From: Cenarchaeum sp.
GTDB taxonomy: Archaea; Thermoproteota; Nitrososphaeria; Nitrososphaerales; Nitrosopumilaceae
Length of the DNA: 64,000 nucleotides
Assembly (NCBI GenBank): GCA_965242695.1
Contig: CBDESU010000001.1
Span: 1,568,001-1,632,000, forward strand
Reading direction: 5' to 3'
The first letter of the stretch is position 1. Every line of letters starts with the position of its first letter. Below, one piece after another: positions 10,848 to 21,100 of the stretch. The position numbers were made by a program, and so were the translations under genes. The notes under the pieces are model-generated. The model was not told the origin of the DNA. It made no database searches and was given only the letters and a program-made list of their open reading frames with translations.

Positions 10848-11410
10848 CAGCACCCGCCCCCGCCGCCGCCGCCGCCGGCGCGCGCGCCGGCTATCCTGCC
10901 GGCCCAGTGGACGACGCGCTCCTCTTCCATCGGGCAAAGCTCGACGCCGGCCTGCTTGGCCAGGCCGCGATCCTTCTCGGGATAGTCGGCAAGGTATACG
11001 AACCGCCTGATGCCGATCGTGACGGCCATCTTTGTGCACTCCAGGCACGGGACCAGGGTCGTGTACAGGACAGCGCCCTCTGTGCCCGTCTCGATGCCGA
11101 GTATCGCGCAGTGCATTATGGCGTTGGCCTCGGCGTGGGTGCACAGGCACCTCTCGAGCTGCTCGCCCGACCTTATCTCGCCGCGCACCCGCCTCTGGCA
11201 GCGATCGCACCCGCCCTCGTGGCAGTTCGTCATGCCGGGCGGCGTGCCGTTGTAGCCGGTCGCCAGCTGGCGGTTGTCCCGCGCAATGACGGCGCCTACC
11301 TTTTGCGCAATGCAGTTTGAGCGCAGCTTTGCAAGCTCGGCCTGGAGCATAAAGTACTCGTCCCAAGTGGGCCGGTCGAACCCGCCTTCGCTGCCGCCAG
11401 CGCCCGCCAT
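10844..11410 (-). CDS. dCMP deaminase (ComEB family)
   Basis: RPTWDEYFM, ATGYNG, HAEANAI, PCLEC zinc motifs. Confidence 0.93.
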   Translation of the reverse strand: MAGAGGSEGGFDRPTWDEYFMLQAELAKLRSNCIAQKVGAVIARDNRQLATGYNGTPPGMTNCHEGGCDRCQRRVRGEIRSGEQLERCLCTHAEANAIMHCAILGIETGTEGAVLYTTLVPCLECTKMAVTIGIRRFVYLADYPEKDRGLAKQAGVELCPMEEERVVHWAGRIAGARAGGGGGGGGCC

Positions 11411-11596
11411 GCAGGGCCACGCCAGGCGAGCGCAATATACGTGTCGCACGGTGGAGGAGCGATCGCTCCCCGGCCCGGCCGGCGGCGCGGGCGGGCGGGC
11501 GGGGCGGCGCCGCATCCCCGCCGCCCCCTCGCGCCGGCCCTGCCGCACTGCCCCCCTCCCCCCAACGCATAAAGCGGCTCGGCATGCGGCGGGGCC

Positions 11597-13174
11597 GTGG
11601 GCCCCGACTTTGTCGTCCAGAGGTACGTCAGGGAGGGGGCCGTCGAGCGGCGCGACTACCAGGTGGCGCTCGCCGACCAGGCAAAGAAGGAAAACTGCAT
11701 CGTCGTCCTGCCGACGGGCCTAGGCAAGACCGCGGTGGCGGTCCAGGTCATCGCCGAGTTCCTCTCGCGCGGCGACGGCGGCGCGCTGTTCCTGGCGCCC
11801 ACGAGGGTCCTTGCCAGCCAGCACCATACGTTCCTGCAGAAGGCGCTGACGATCGAGGATATTGCGCTGATCACGGGCGAGGACGCGGCGGCAAGGCGCA
11901 AAAAGATGTGGAACAGCAGCAGCGTGGTATGTGCTACCCCCGAGATCGTCCGCAACGACCTAGACAGGGGCGCCGTCGAGGCATCGCAGTTCAGCCTTGC
12001 CGTGTTCGACGAGGCGCACCGGGCCGTCGGAGACTACGCGTACACAAGGATAGCCGACGCAATGGCAGGCGCCGGCGCCCGCATAGTCGGCATGACGGCG
12101 ACGCTGCCTAGCGAGCAGGCAAAGGCGAGGGGCATCATGGCGTCCCTGCGCGCGGCCGGCGTCGCGCAGCGCACCGAGGACAGCGGCGACGTAAAGCCGT
12201 ACATACAGACTACGGACACCGAATGGATAAAGGTCGCGCTCCCGCGCGAGATAGAAAACGTCAGGGCGCTGCTCAACAAGGCGCTCGACTACAGGTACGG
12301 CGCGCTCGCCGGCCAGGGCTTTAGCCTCGGGTCGCGCCGCTCCCTGTCTGCCCTGCTCGGCATACGAAGCGCCGTCCTCTCGCAGCGGCGCGGCGCGGCA
12401 AAGCCGCTCTTCGAGGCCATCCGCATAACGTACGCGCTAAACATGCTAGAGGCGCACGGGATCACGACATTCCTGAGGTTCTGCGAGCGGACGGCAAAGA
12501 GGGGCGGCGCGCCGGCAAAGGCCCTGTTCGAGCAGGACGAGCGCGTGTCAAGGGCCGTCCGGCTCGCAAAGGAGGCGCAGTCGCGCGGCATCGAGCACCC
12601 AAAGATACCAAAGCTCGTAGAGATACTGCGGGGCAACGCCGGCGGCCGGACGCTCGTCTTTTCCAGCTACCGCGACTCGGTCGACGTCATACGGGCGAGC
12701 CTGGAGGAGGCGGGGATCACCTCGGCCATACTCATCGGCAAGGCCGGCGAGGAGGGCCTAAAGCAGAAAAAGCAGGTAGAGACCGTCGAGAGGTTCCGCG
12801 CCGGCGAGTACCAGGCGCTCGTGTCGACGAGGGTCGGCGAGGAGGGCCTGGACATATCCGAGGTCAACCTGGTCGTCTTCTACGACAACGTTCCAAGCTC
12901 GATACGCCACGTGCAGCGCAGGGGGCGGACCGGCAGGAGGGATGCCGGGCGCCTTGTCGTGCTCATCGCCGAAAAGACCATCGACGAGGCGTACTACTGG
13001 ATCGGCAAGAGGAAGATAAGGGCGGCAGGCCGCATGGGCGAAAAGCTCAACATGGAGGTCGGCGCGCCGGCCGCAAGGGCCGCGGCGGCGGCCGAGGCGG
13101 GGGCGCGCGGCGCGCTCGAGGGCAAGGAGCAGGGGGCGGCCGGCGGCGGCAACGTGCTCGACGACTTCCTCTAG
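11597..13174 (+). CDS. Hef/FANCM-type DEAH-box helicase (no nuclease domain)
   Basis: LPTGLGKT, DEAH, TAT, VGEEGLDI, QRRGRTGR. Confidence 0.92.
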   Translation: MGPDFVVQRYVREGAVERRDYQVALADQAKKENCIVVLPTGLGKTAVAVQVIAEFLSRGDGGALFLAPTRVLASQHHTFLQKALTIEDIALITGEDAAARRKKMWNSSSVVCATPEIVRNDLDRGAVEASQFSLAVFDEAHRAVGDYAYTRIADAMAGAGARIVGMTATLPSEQAKARGIMASLRAAGVAQRTEDSGDVKPYIQTTDTEWIKVALPREIENVRALLNKALDYRYGALAGQGFSLGSRRSLSALLGIRSAVLSQRRGAAKPLFEAIRITYALNMLEAHGITTFLRFCERTAKRGGAPAKALFEQDERVSRAVRLAKEAQSRGIEHPKIPKLVEILRGNAGGRTLVFSSYRDSVDVIRASLEEAGITSAILIGKAGEEGLKQKKQVETVERFRAGEYQALVSTRVGEEGLDISEVNLVVFYDNVPSSIRHVQRRGRTGRRDAGRLVVLIAEKTIDEAYYWIGKRKIRAAGRMGEKLNMEVGAPAARAAAAAEAGARGALEGKEQGAAGGGNVLDDFL

Positions 13175-13179
13175 CGGCG

Positions 13180-13461
13180 TCAGGCCAGGCGCTTTATCAC
13201 GTGGTATCCGTACCGGGTCTTTACCGGCGCCGACATCTCGCCGACGGCGAGCGAAAAGGCCGCCTTTTCAAACTCCTTTACCATGGCGCCGCGCCCAAAG
13301 TAGCCGAGGCTGCCGTCCCTGCGCGCGCTGCCCGAGTCGTTCGAGAGCTCGCGCGCGAGCCTGCCGAACTTTTCGCCCCCCTTGACGCGCGCGATCGCCG
13401 CCTCTGCCTCGCCGAGCTTTTCGACGAGTATGTGCGAGCACTTTATCTTGCCTTCGGCCAC
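13180..13461 (-). CDS. Parvulin-type peptidyl-prolyl isomerase
   Basis: CSHILV, GSLGYFGRGAMVKEFE, TRYGYHVIK. Confidence 0.95.
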   Translation of the reverse strand: MAEGKIKCSHILVEKLGEAEAAIARVKGGEKFGRLARELSNDSGSARRDGSLGYFGRGAMVKEFEKAAFSLAVGEMSAPVKTRYGYHVIKRLA

Positions 13462-13523
13462 GGGCGGGCGCCGGGCGGCGGTGCTAAAAGGCTTGGGGCA
13501 GGAGGGCGCCGGCGCATGAGCCG

Positions 13524-13817
13524 CTACACGCCGAGTATCTTTTTTAGCATGACGCGGTAGTCGACGTCTACCTTTTTGGCGCCGGCCGCCGGGAGGGCAA
13601 AGACCAGCGTCGACGTCCTTGCGCGCAGCGCCGTCAGCTCGTCGGCGATGGGGCCCGACACGTCGTCGCTAACCAGGACCAGGCCCACGTCCGAGTCGCC
13701 CGAGAGCCGCCGCACCTCGGCGAGCGCCCCGTCGGGGGTGTCGGCGACCGTGCCCGGCACGCCGGCGAGCTCAAAGCTGGTCACAAACGACCGCTTGCCG
13801 ACCGTGACGATCCTCAC
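13524..13817 (-). CDS. atpF: A/V-type ATP synthase subunit F
   Basis: From GTG 13817: RIVTVGKRSFVTSFELAGVPG...YRVMLKKILGV. Confidence 0.85.
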   Translation of the reverse strand: MRIVTVGKRSFVTSFELAGVPGTVADTPDGALAEVRRLSGDSDVGLVLVSDDVSGPIADELTALRARTSTLVFALPAAGAKKVDVDYRVMLKKILGV

Positions 13818-14296
13818 GGCGGCGGCGGCGGGAGGCTGCGATTTAACCGTTTGCGGCGGCGGGCAGGGGCGCCGCGGCAGGCGCGTACAGGCCGCATCGG
13901 GAACGCGGATCGGCGGGTGTGGCCGGAGGGCGGGCGGGCGGGCTGGGCGGGCTGGGCGCTGCCGGTGCGCCGTCCTCCGGCGCGGAACGGTGTGCGGTGT
14001 GCGGGACCTCTGGGCACCTGCCAGTGCCGGCGGCGCGCGTGACGACGGGCGGGCTGGCGGCAAGGCGGATGCGACTTGCCGGCAGTGCACTGCGCAGCGC
14101 ACTTGACGGCAAGCATTCCGCGTCCCGGACCGCGCATGCCGAGCCACACGGCGCCTGCCGAGCCATCGTGCCGCATCGGTGCCGGGCTGCGACGTGCCGG
14201 CCGAGGCGGCCGAGGGCGGCGGGACGGGCAATGCGGCCACGGGCGGCGGCGCGCGGACAGGCGTATGCTTGCGTAGATGCCGCACGCCCTAGCAGG

Positions 14297-17200
14297 CTAC
14301 GGCTCGGTGCACTGGGCGTTGTACGTGACGCTCTGGGTGATCGTCTCACCCTGCACCGCACTGTACTGGGTCAGGTTCAGCTTGAACCACAGCTGCCTGT
14401 CGTCCCCGCCTCCGAGCCCCGCGGCCACGGCCGTCCCCCCGCCGACGGCCGCATATGCGCCGCCCTCGATCTCTTCGCGCACCTCGGTCAGGCTGGCCGG
14501 CAGGGACACGTCGACCCTAGCAACAAGGGCGCTCGAGGCCGTGCCGTTGCCTGTCATGGACACGGGGGAGGGCAGGGACGGCGCCCCGGCGCCCGCGGAC
14601 GAGCCGGCGCCCAGGTTCGGCTGCCACCGCGTCGCCTCGATCCCGACGCGCTCAAACTCCGCCGATCCCGTGTTGAACAGCCTCTGCGAGACGGGTGTAG
14701 AGTACCCTTTCAGCCTCGCATCGTCGATCCTCAGGTCGGGCTTTTCAAGAGCTACCGAGCAGGTATGGTACACGGGGGGAGGCATCGCATCGTTTGCGGG
14801 CTTGACTGTGCCGAACCGGGTCAGGTGGTACGTGTATATGACCATGTCGCCGTCCGACTCGATCCGGCACTCGCCCGTGCCGTTCAGGTGGCGCTCCACC
14901 CTGGCGGTGTCGTCGGCGGCGCATGCCGCGTCGATCGGTGTGATCTGGCCGCCGGCGCCCGCAATATAGAACGCGCGGCCTTTGGCCTGCCCCTCGAGGG
15001 ATATGCGGACGGGCTTGTCGAATACGATGCGCACATCCTCGTCGCCGACCTCGACGACCTTCTGCAGCACGACCGCGCCCGATCCGTCGTAGGCTAGGCT
15101 GCGCTGGATGCTAGAGTTTGACGGCAGGTCGCCTGCTGCGACCACGCGCAGGACGAGCATGCCGTCGGCCGGCACGGACGTCGCAGTCGTATTTGGCTGG
15201 AAGGACACGGATGCAAACGACGTCGTCACTGTCGCGCCGCGCTGCGGGAACTGCACGGTTCCGCCGGCGATCCCGGCACCGGGCAGTCCGGACACGTCGA
15301 TCGTGACGTTCACGCCTGGCCCCCTGTCGGCAAGGTCGCCCTGGCCTGCCGGCACCCCGCCAGGCCCGATGGCAACCGTCGGGGCGTTGTCGGTCTGATT
15401 GCCCGGTCCTCCGCCGTTCGGGTCTACGGGCCCGCCGCCGTTCGGGTCTACGGGCCCGCCGTCCGTACGGGTGGTATTGATCAATATGCCGGCAAGCGGA
15501 CCGGGCGAGCCCTGGTCCGGCAGCGTCCGGTTCGCCGCGTTGCCCGCCGCATCCACGATCGAGCCTGCGTCGCCTAGCGCCCCCGCACCTGCATGGCGCA
15601 GGCCGCCCGGCGCGCTGTCGCCCTGCTGCACCACGTACATGAACATGAGCTCTGCGGCGCTACCCGTGCCCTGCACGTACGATGCGCTTCTGGGAGGTGT
15701 GGTGGCAAGGGCCAGCATCGGATTGCCCGTTACGGTGACGGCCTTGTCAAAGGTGACTGTAATGTTGATCGACTGGTCGATGCCGTACGTGCCGTCGGAC
15801 GAAGCGGAATCGACCGAGAGTACGCGTGGCGGCACGGCATCCACCAGGATGCCAGGCCCGGCAAACGCGCTCGGGGGCGGCAGAGTCAAGTTTGCCGCGT
15901 TGCTGGCCGCATCCGCGATCGAGCCAGGGCTCACGCTGAGCGCATCCGTGCCGGCATGTCGCAGGCCGTCGGAGGTGCTGTCGCCAAGCTGCACCATGTA
16001 CCTGAACGTGAGCTCTGCGGCGCTGCCCGTGCCCTGCACGTACGATGCGCTTCTGGGAGGTGTGGTGGCAAGGGCCAGCATCGGAATGCCTGTTACGGTG
16101 ACATCCTCGTCAAAGGTGACGGCAATGTCGATTGTCCGGCCGATGCCGTACGTGCCGGCTGGCAAAGTAGAGTCGACCGCAAGCACGCGGGGCGGGGCGG
16201 TATCCAGCATGATGGCAGGTCCGGCAAAGTCGCCCGGTGCCGGCAGGATCCGGTTTGCCGCGTTGCCGGCCGCGTCCACGACAGAGCCGGCGGTGAGCGC
16301 GCCCGTGCCGTTGTGGCGCAGTCCGTCGGGCGCGCTGTCGCCCGGCCGCACCTCGTAGGAGAACGAGAGCATTGCGGTGCCGTTTCCCGAGAGGTACGAG
16401 GCGGATGCTACGCCGCCGTCCCCTGCGGCCACGTTCAGAGCCAGCGACGGGCCGTCAGGGCCGACCGCCCAGACCGGCTCGGAGTAGTTTAGGGCCACCA
16501 CGATGCGCGAGCCGTTGGTGTACGTATCGCTGGCGTTGGGCGAGTAGATGGCCTCCAGCACAGGTGGTTCCATGTCGAATGTAATACCGTGCACCGCCAA
16601 GAGCGAGCCGCCTGCGGGGCCCGTCCACGGGAGGGCCGTCAGTGCCGTCACGTTCTTCGGCCCTGCCGCAATGTCCGAGCCGTTCAGCATCAGCGCCGTG
16701 TCCGGATAGTGATCAAAGTCGGCTTCCGCATCGTTCTCCTGCACCGTGTACGTAAACTGCAGTGTCCTAGTCGTCTCACTGTAGTCGTATGGCACGAGCG
16801 TCGCGTTGCGTTCGGGGCCGAGCGCCAGGTACGGAATCCCGGCCGTCGTGTTGACCCTCGCCAGGTTCGTGTTGAACGAGACGTCCACAAGGACCGATCT
16901 GCCGGCCGACAGTACGTTCGCGTTGATCGCGCTGCCTGGAGTGGCCGGATCCGGCGCTGCCGTGACGCTCTTGACCGCCGGCAGGACAAATTCGTCGTAC
17001 ACCACTAATCTATTAGCGGTGCTTATCGCAGCAAGGCGGTTGTCGGAGTCGAAGCCCACCCCCACGACAGTCCCGAAGCCGCCAAATATGAGTACGGGCC
17101 TGTCGCTTGCAAGCCCTGTAGGGACTCCGTCATCCGTCGTGTTCAGCAGGAACACCTGGACGCGCTCGTTGGCGCTGTCAGCCACCGCCAAGAAGCGGCC

Positions 17201-18004
17201 GTCGCCGCTGAACGCGGCGTCTATGGGTCGACTAAACTGCCCTTCTGCGCCACCTTTCGTATCTACTGGACCTACTTTGAACAACTCCTCGTGTCCCTTG
17301 CTTATGTTGAAGATTCCGATGAAATGACCGTTTTGAGCATTACCACTAGGCCCAGAGCTAACTATCGCCAAAAGCCCTCCGGGGCCAACATCCATGCCGT
17401 CGGGAGAATCGTACTGAGATGGCAGGGTCAGTGTGCCCGCATGCGTGCCGTTGGGGTGATAGTAGATCACATCCGTGGCACTGCCGTAGGCCACATAGGT
17501 GCGCCCTTCGGGAGTCACGGCAATCCCTTTCAGTTGATTGAACGTGACGCCCGGCGGCGCGGCAAGGTTGCTGTGGTGCGAGCCGTTGAGCAGGAATATC
17601 AGGATGCGCGGGGTCGGCTGCCGATCCAGTACGAATATGTGCGTCGAGTTTAGCGCAGCGCCGGTGGGGCGAGTAAGATCGCCGTCTCCGCCAGATGTGC
17701 CTATCGTGTAGTTGTAGTTGTAATCCCTGTCGAGCACCACCACCCTCTGATTGTTTCGATCTACCACATAGATGCGCCCTTCACGGTCAAATGCGACATC
17801 TTGGGGCGTACCGTATGTGGTGGAGCTGCCGAGGATCGTTGTGCTGGCTGGCAACAAGATCTTGCCGTTGGGATTGAACTCGGGGAGCGACTCATCCGTC
17901 TGGGCCGTCGCATCCCCCAGCAACATGGCCGGCGCAAGTGTAGCAGCCAGAGCAACGGCAACGGCACAGGCCGCCAAGCGGGCGGACGGACATAGTCCGT
18001 TCAT
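14297..18004 (-). CDS. Large secreted protein: NHL beta-propeller, ~120-aa Ig-like repeats, conserved C-terminal domain
   Basis: Signal-peptide-like N-terminus; NHL repeats (PQDVAFD..GRIYVVD; AVADSANERVQVF); repeats GTYGIG..IDIAVTF...DAAGNAAN. Confidence 0.85.
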   Translation of the reverse strand: MNGLCPSARLAACAVAVALAATLAPAMLLGDATAQTDESLPEFNPNGKILLPASTTILGSSTTYGTPQDVAFDREGRIYVVDRNNQRVVVLDRDYNYNYTIGTSGGDGDLTRPTGAALNSTHIFVLDRQPTPRILIFLLNGSHHSNLAAPPGVTFNQLKGIAVTPEGRTYVAYGSATDVIYYHPNGTHAGTLTLPSQYDSPDGMDVGPGGLLAIVSSGPSGNAQNGHFIGIFNISKGHEELFKVGPVDTKGGAEGQFSRPIDAAFSGDGRFLAVADSANERVQVFLLNTTDDGVPTGLASDRPVLIFGGFGTVVGVGFDSDNRLAAISTANRLVVYDEFVLPAVKSVTAAPDPATPGSAINANVLSAGRSVLVDVSFNTNLARVNTTAGIPYLALGPERNATLVPYDYSETTRTLQFTYTVQENDAEADFDHYPDTALMLNGSDIAAGPKNVTALTALPWTGPAGGSLLAVHGITFDMEPPVLEAIYSPNASDTYTNGSRIVVALNYSEPVWAVGPDGPSLALNVAAGDGGVASASYLSGNGTAMLSFSYEVRPGDSAPDGLRHNGTGALTAGSVVDAAGNAANRILPAPGDFAGPAIMLDTAPPRVLAVDSTLPAGTYGIGRTIDIAVTFDEDVTVTGIPMLALATTPPRSASYVQGTGSAAELTFRYMVQLGDSTSDGLRHAGTDALSVSPGSIADAASNAANLTLPPPSAFAGPGILVDAVPPRVLSVDSASSDGTYGIDQSINITVTFDKAVTVTGNPMLALATTPPRSASYVQGTGSAAELMFMYVVQQGDSAPGGLRHAGAGALGDAGSIVDAAGNAANRTLPDQGSPGPLAGILINTTRTDGGPVDPNGGGPVDPNGGGPGNQTDNAPTVAIGPGGVPAGQGDLADRGPGVNVTIDVSGLPGAGIAGGTVQFPQRGATVTTSFASVSFQPNTTATSVPADGMLVLRVVAAGDLPSNSSIQRSLAYDGSGAVVLQKVVEVGDEDVRIVFDKPVRISLEGQAKGRAFYIAGAGGQITPIDAACAADDTARVERHLNGTGECRIESDGDMVIYTYHLTRFGTVKPANDAMPPPVYHTCSVALEKPDLRIDDARLKGYSTPVSQRLFNTGSAEFERVGIEATRWQPNLGAGSSAGAGAPSLPSPVSMTGNGTASSALVARVDVSLPASLTEVREEIEGGAYAAVGGGTAVAAGLGGGDDRQLWFKLNLTQYSAVQGETITQSVTYNAQCTEP

Positions 18005-18018
18005 GCCGGCCAGCGCCG

Positions 18019-18110
18019 CCCCCCCCCCCCAAGAGCCTTCGCGCCTACACGGGCAGCGCCTGCGGTCAAGCTAGGTGTCAACGGGCGTGCGCCCGGCGGG
18101 GGGTATTTAA
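18019..18110 (-). promoter_or_regulatory. TATA box, TTG and G12 tract upstream of surface-protein gene A
   Basis: TTAAATAC 18110-18103; TTG 18081; poly-G 18030-18019; same layout at the paralog. Confidence 0.5.
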
Positions 18111-18183
18111 GAGTGACAGGCTAGGCGCAGGCGTGCCGACGAGCCATAGCCGACGAGCCGTGCGGATGCACGACGACCACCGG

Positions 18184-21100
18184 CTACGGCTCGGTGCACT
18201 GGGCGCTGTACGTAACGCTCTGGGTGATCGTCTCGGCCTGCACCGCATCGTAGGCGGTCAGGTTCAGCTTGAACCACAGGTCCTTGAAGGCTCCGCCGCC
18301 GAGCCCTGCGGCCACTGCCGTCCCCTCGCCGACGGACGCGTAGGCCCCGCCCCTGCCAGCCTCGCCCACCTCGGTCAGGCCGGCCGGCAGGGACGTGTCG
18401 ACCCTTGCGACAAGGGCGCTCGAGGCCGTACCGTTGCCCGTCATGGACACGGAGGAGGGCAGGGACGGCACTCCGGCATCCGGCGGGGCGTCGCCGCCAG
18501 AGCTGGCCTGCCATCGGGTCGCATCGATCTCGACGCGCTCAAACTGCGCCGATCCCGTGTTGAACAGTTTCTGCGAGACTGGCGTAGAGTGTCCCTCCAG
18601 CCTTGCGTCGTCGATCCTCAGGTCGGGCTTTTCAAGGGCCACCGAGCAGGTATAGTATGCGGGCGGCATCGCGTCGTTCGCGGACGAGACGGTGCCGAAC
18701 CTGGTCAGGTGGTACGTATAGATGACCATGTCGCCGTCCGAGTCGATCCGACACTCGCCCGTGCCGTTGAGGTGGCGGTGCACCCTCTCGCTGTCGTCTG
18801 CCCCGCAAGCATCGTCGATCGGCGTGATCGTGCCGCCGGCGCCCGCAATGTAGAACGCGCGCCCGCCGGCCTGGCCCTCTAGGGATATGCGGACGGGCTT
18901 GTCGAATACGATGCGCGTATTTTCGTCGCCGACCTCGACGACCCTCTGCAGTGCGACTGCACCCGAGCCGTCGTAGGCCAGGCTGCGCTGGATGCTAGAG
19001 TTTGACGGGAGGGCGCCTGCTTCGACCACGCGCAGGACCAGCATGCCGTCGGCCGGCACGGACGTTGCGGTCGTGTTTGGTGGGAAGGACACGGATGCAA
19101 ACGACGTCGACACTGTCGCGCCGCGCTGCGGGAACTGCACGGTTCCGCCGGCCGTCCCGGCGCCGGGCAGTCCGGACACGTCGATCGTGACGTTCACGCC
19201 GGGCCCCCTGTCGGCAAGGTCGCCCCGGCCGTCGGGCATCCAGTCCGGCCCGATGGCAACCGTGGGGGCGTTGCCGGTCTGGTTGCCGGGCCCGCCTCCG
19301 GTCTGGTTGCCCGATCCGCCGCCCATACTGGCAGTGTTGATCATGATGCCAGCAAGGGGAACTGGTGCCGGCAGTGTCAGGTCTGCCGTGTTGCCCACTG
19401 TATCCACGATCGAGCCGCCGCTGAGCGCGCCCGCACCCGCATGTCGCAGTCCGCCCGGTGCGCTGTCGTCCGCCTGCACCTCGTACCTGAATAGGATCTC
19501 AGCATCGCCGTCAGTGTCTGGCACGTATAGCGCACTTCTGGACGGGGTGGTGGCAAGGGCCAGCACGGGGCTTCCAGTTACGGTGACGGCCTCGTTAAAG
19601 GTGACGGCAATGTCGACAGACTGGCCGGCTCGGTACGTGCCGCTCAACGAATCGGACTCGACAGTGAGTACTCGGGGCCGTACGGCGTCCAGCCAGATGC
19701 CCTGTTCGGCGAGCGGGCCCGGGGGCGGCAGGGTCAGATTTGCCGCGTTGCCCACTGCATCCGCGATCGAGTCGCCGCTAGTGCTCAGCGCGCCCGTGCC
19801 GTCGTACCGCAGGCCTTCCGGCGCGCTGTCGCCCGGCTGCACCTCGTACCTGAACAGGAGCTTGTCATCAGCCTCCGTGTCCGGCACGTACGATGCGCTT
19901 TGGGGAGGCGTGGTGGCAAGGGCCAGCATCGGAGTGCCCGTTACGGTGACGTTCTCGTCAAAGGTGACGGCAATGTTGATCGTCTGGCCGATGCCGTACG
20001 TCCCGCGGGGCGAATCGGACTCGACCGAGACTACCCGGGGCGCCACGGCGTCTAGCCAGATACCCTGCCCGGCGAGCGGGCCTGGGGGCGGCAGCGTCCG
20101 GTTTGCCGCGTTGCCGGCCGCGTCCACGATTGTGCCGTCGGCGCCGAGCGCGCCCGTGCCGTCGTATTGCAGGCCGCCGAGCGCGCTGTCGCCCGCCCCC
20201 ACCTCGTACCTGAACAGGATCTCGGCATCGCCGTCAGTGTTCTCCACGTATGTTGCGCTTCTAGGCGGGTCGGTGGCAAGGGCCAGCGTGGGGCTTCCCA
20301 TGATGGTGACGGGCTCGCCAAAGGTGACGGCAATGTCGATCGTCCGGCCGATGCCGTACGTGCCGGCTGGCGTAGTAGAGTTGACCGCAAACACGCGGGG
20401 CGGAACGGTATCCAGCATGATGCCGGGTCTTGCAAAGTCGCCCGGGGCCAGCAGGTCCGGATCCGCCGCGTTGCCGGCCACATCCACGACAGAGCCGCCG
20501 GTGAGCGCGCCCGTGCCGTTGTGGCGCAGGCCCCCTGCTGGCGCGCTGTCGCCCGGCTGCACCTCGTATGAGAATTCGAGTGTAGTGGTGCCGTTGCCCG
20601 AGAGGTACGAGGCAGGGGCGGCAACGCCTCCGCCCTCTGAGATCACGTTCAGGGCTAGCGATGGGCTGTCGGATCCAACCGCCCAGACAGCCTCGGAATA
20701 GTTCAGGGCCACCACGATGCGCGAGCCGTTGGTGTACGTATCGCTGGCGTTGGGCGAGTAGATGGCCTCCAGCACAGGTGGTTCCATGTCGAATGTAATG
20801 CCGTGCGCCGCCAAGAGCGAGCCGCCTGCGGGGCCCGTCCACGGGAGGGCCGTCAGTGCAGTCACGTTCCTCGGCCCCGCCGTGATGGCAGAGCCGTTCA
20901 GCCTCAGCGCGGTATCCGGATAGTGCTCAAAGTCGGACTCCATGTCGTCATCCTGCACCGTGTACGTAAACTGCAGCGTCCTAGTCGTCTCGCTGTAGTT
21001 GTAAGGAACGAGCGTTGCGTTGCGCTCGGGGCCGAGCGCCAGGTACGGCACCCCCGCCGTCGTGTTGACCCTCGCCAAGTCCGTGTTGAACGTGACGTTC

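Noticed and set aside
10848-11585. 246-aa N-terminal extension of PolB in the ORF track
   Set aside because: It overlaps the dCMP deaminase gene in another frame; GC-rich read-through
15399-20701. Long plus-strand ORFs antisense to the surface-protein genes, and similar shadow ORFs elsewhere
   Set aside because: Expected from high GC and codon bias; no motifs
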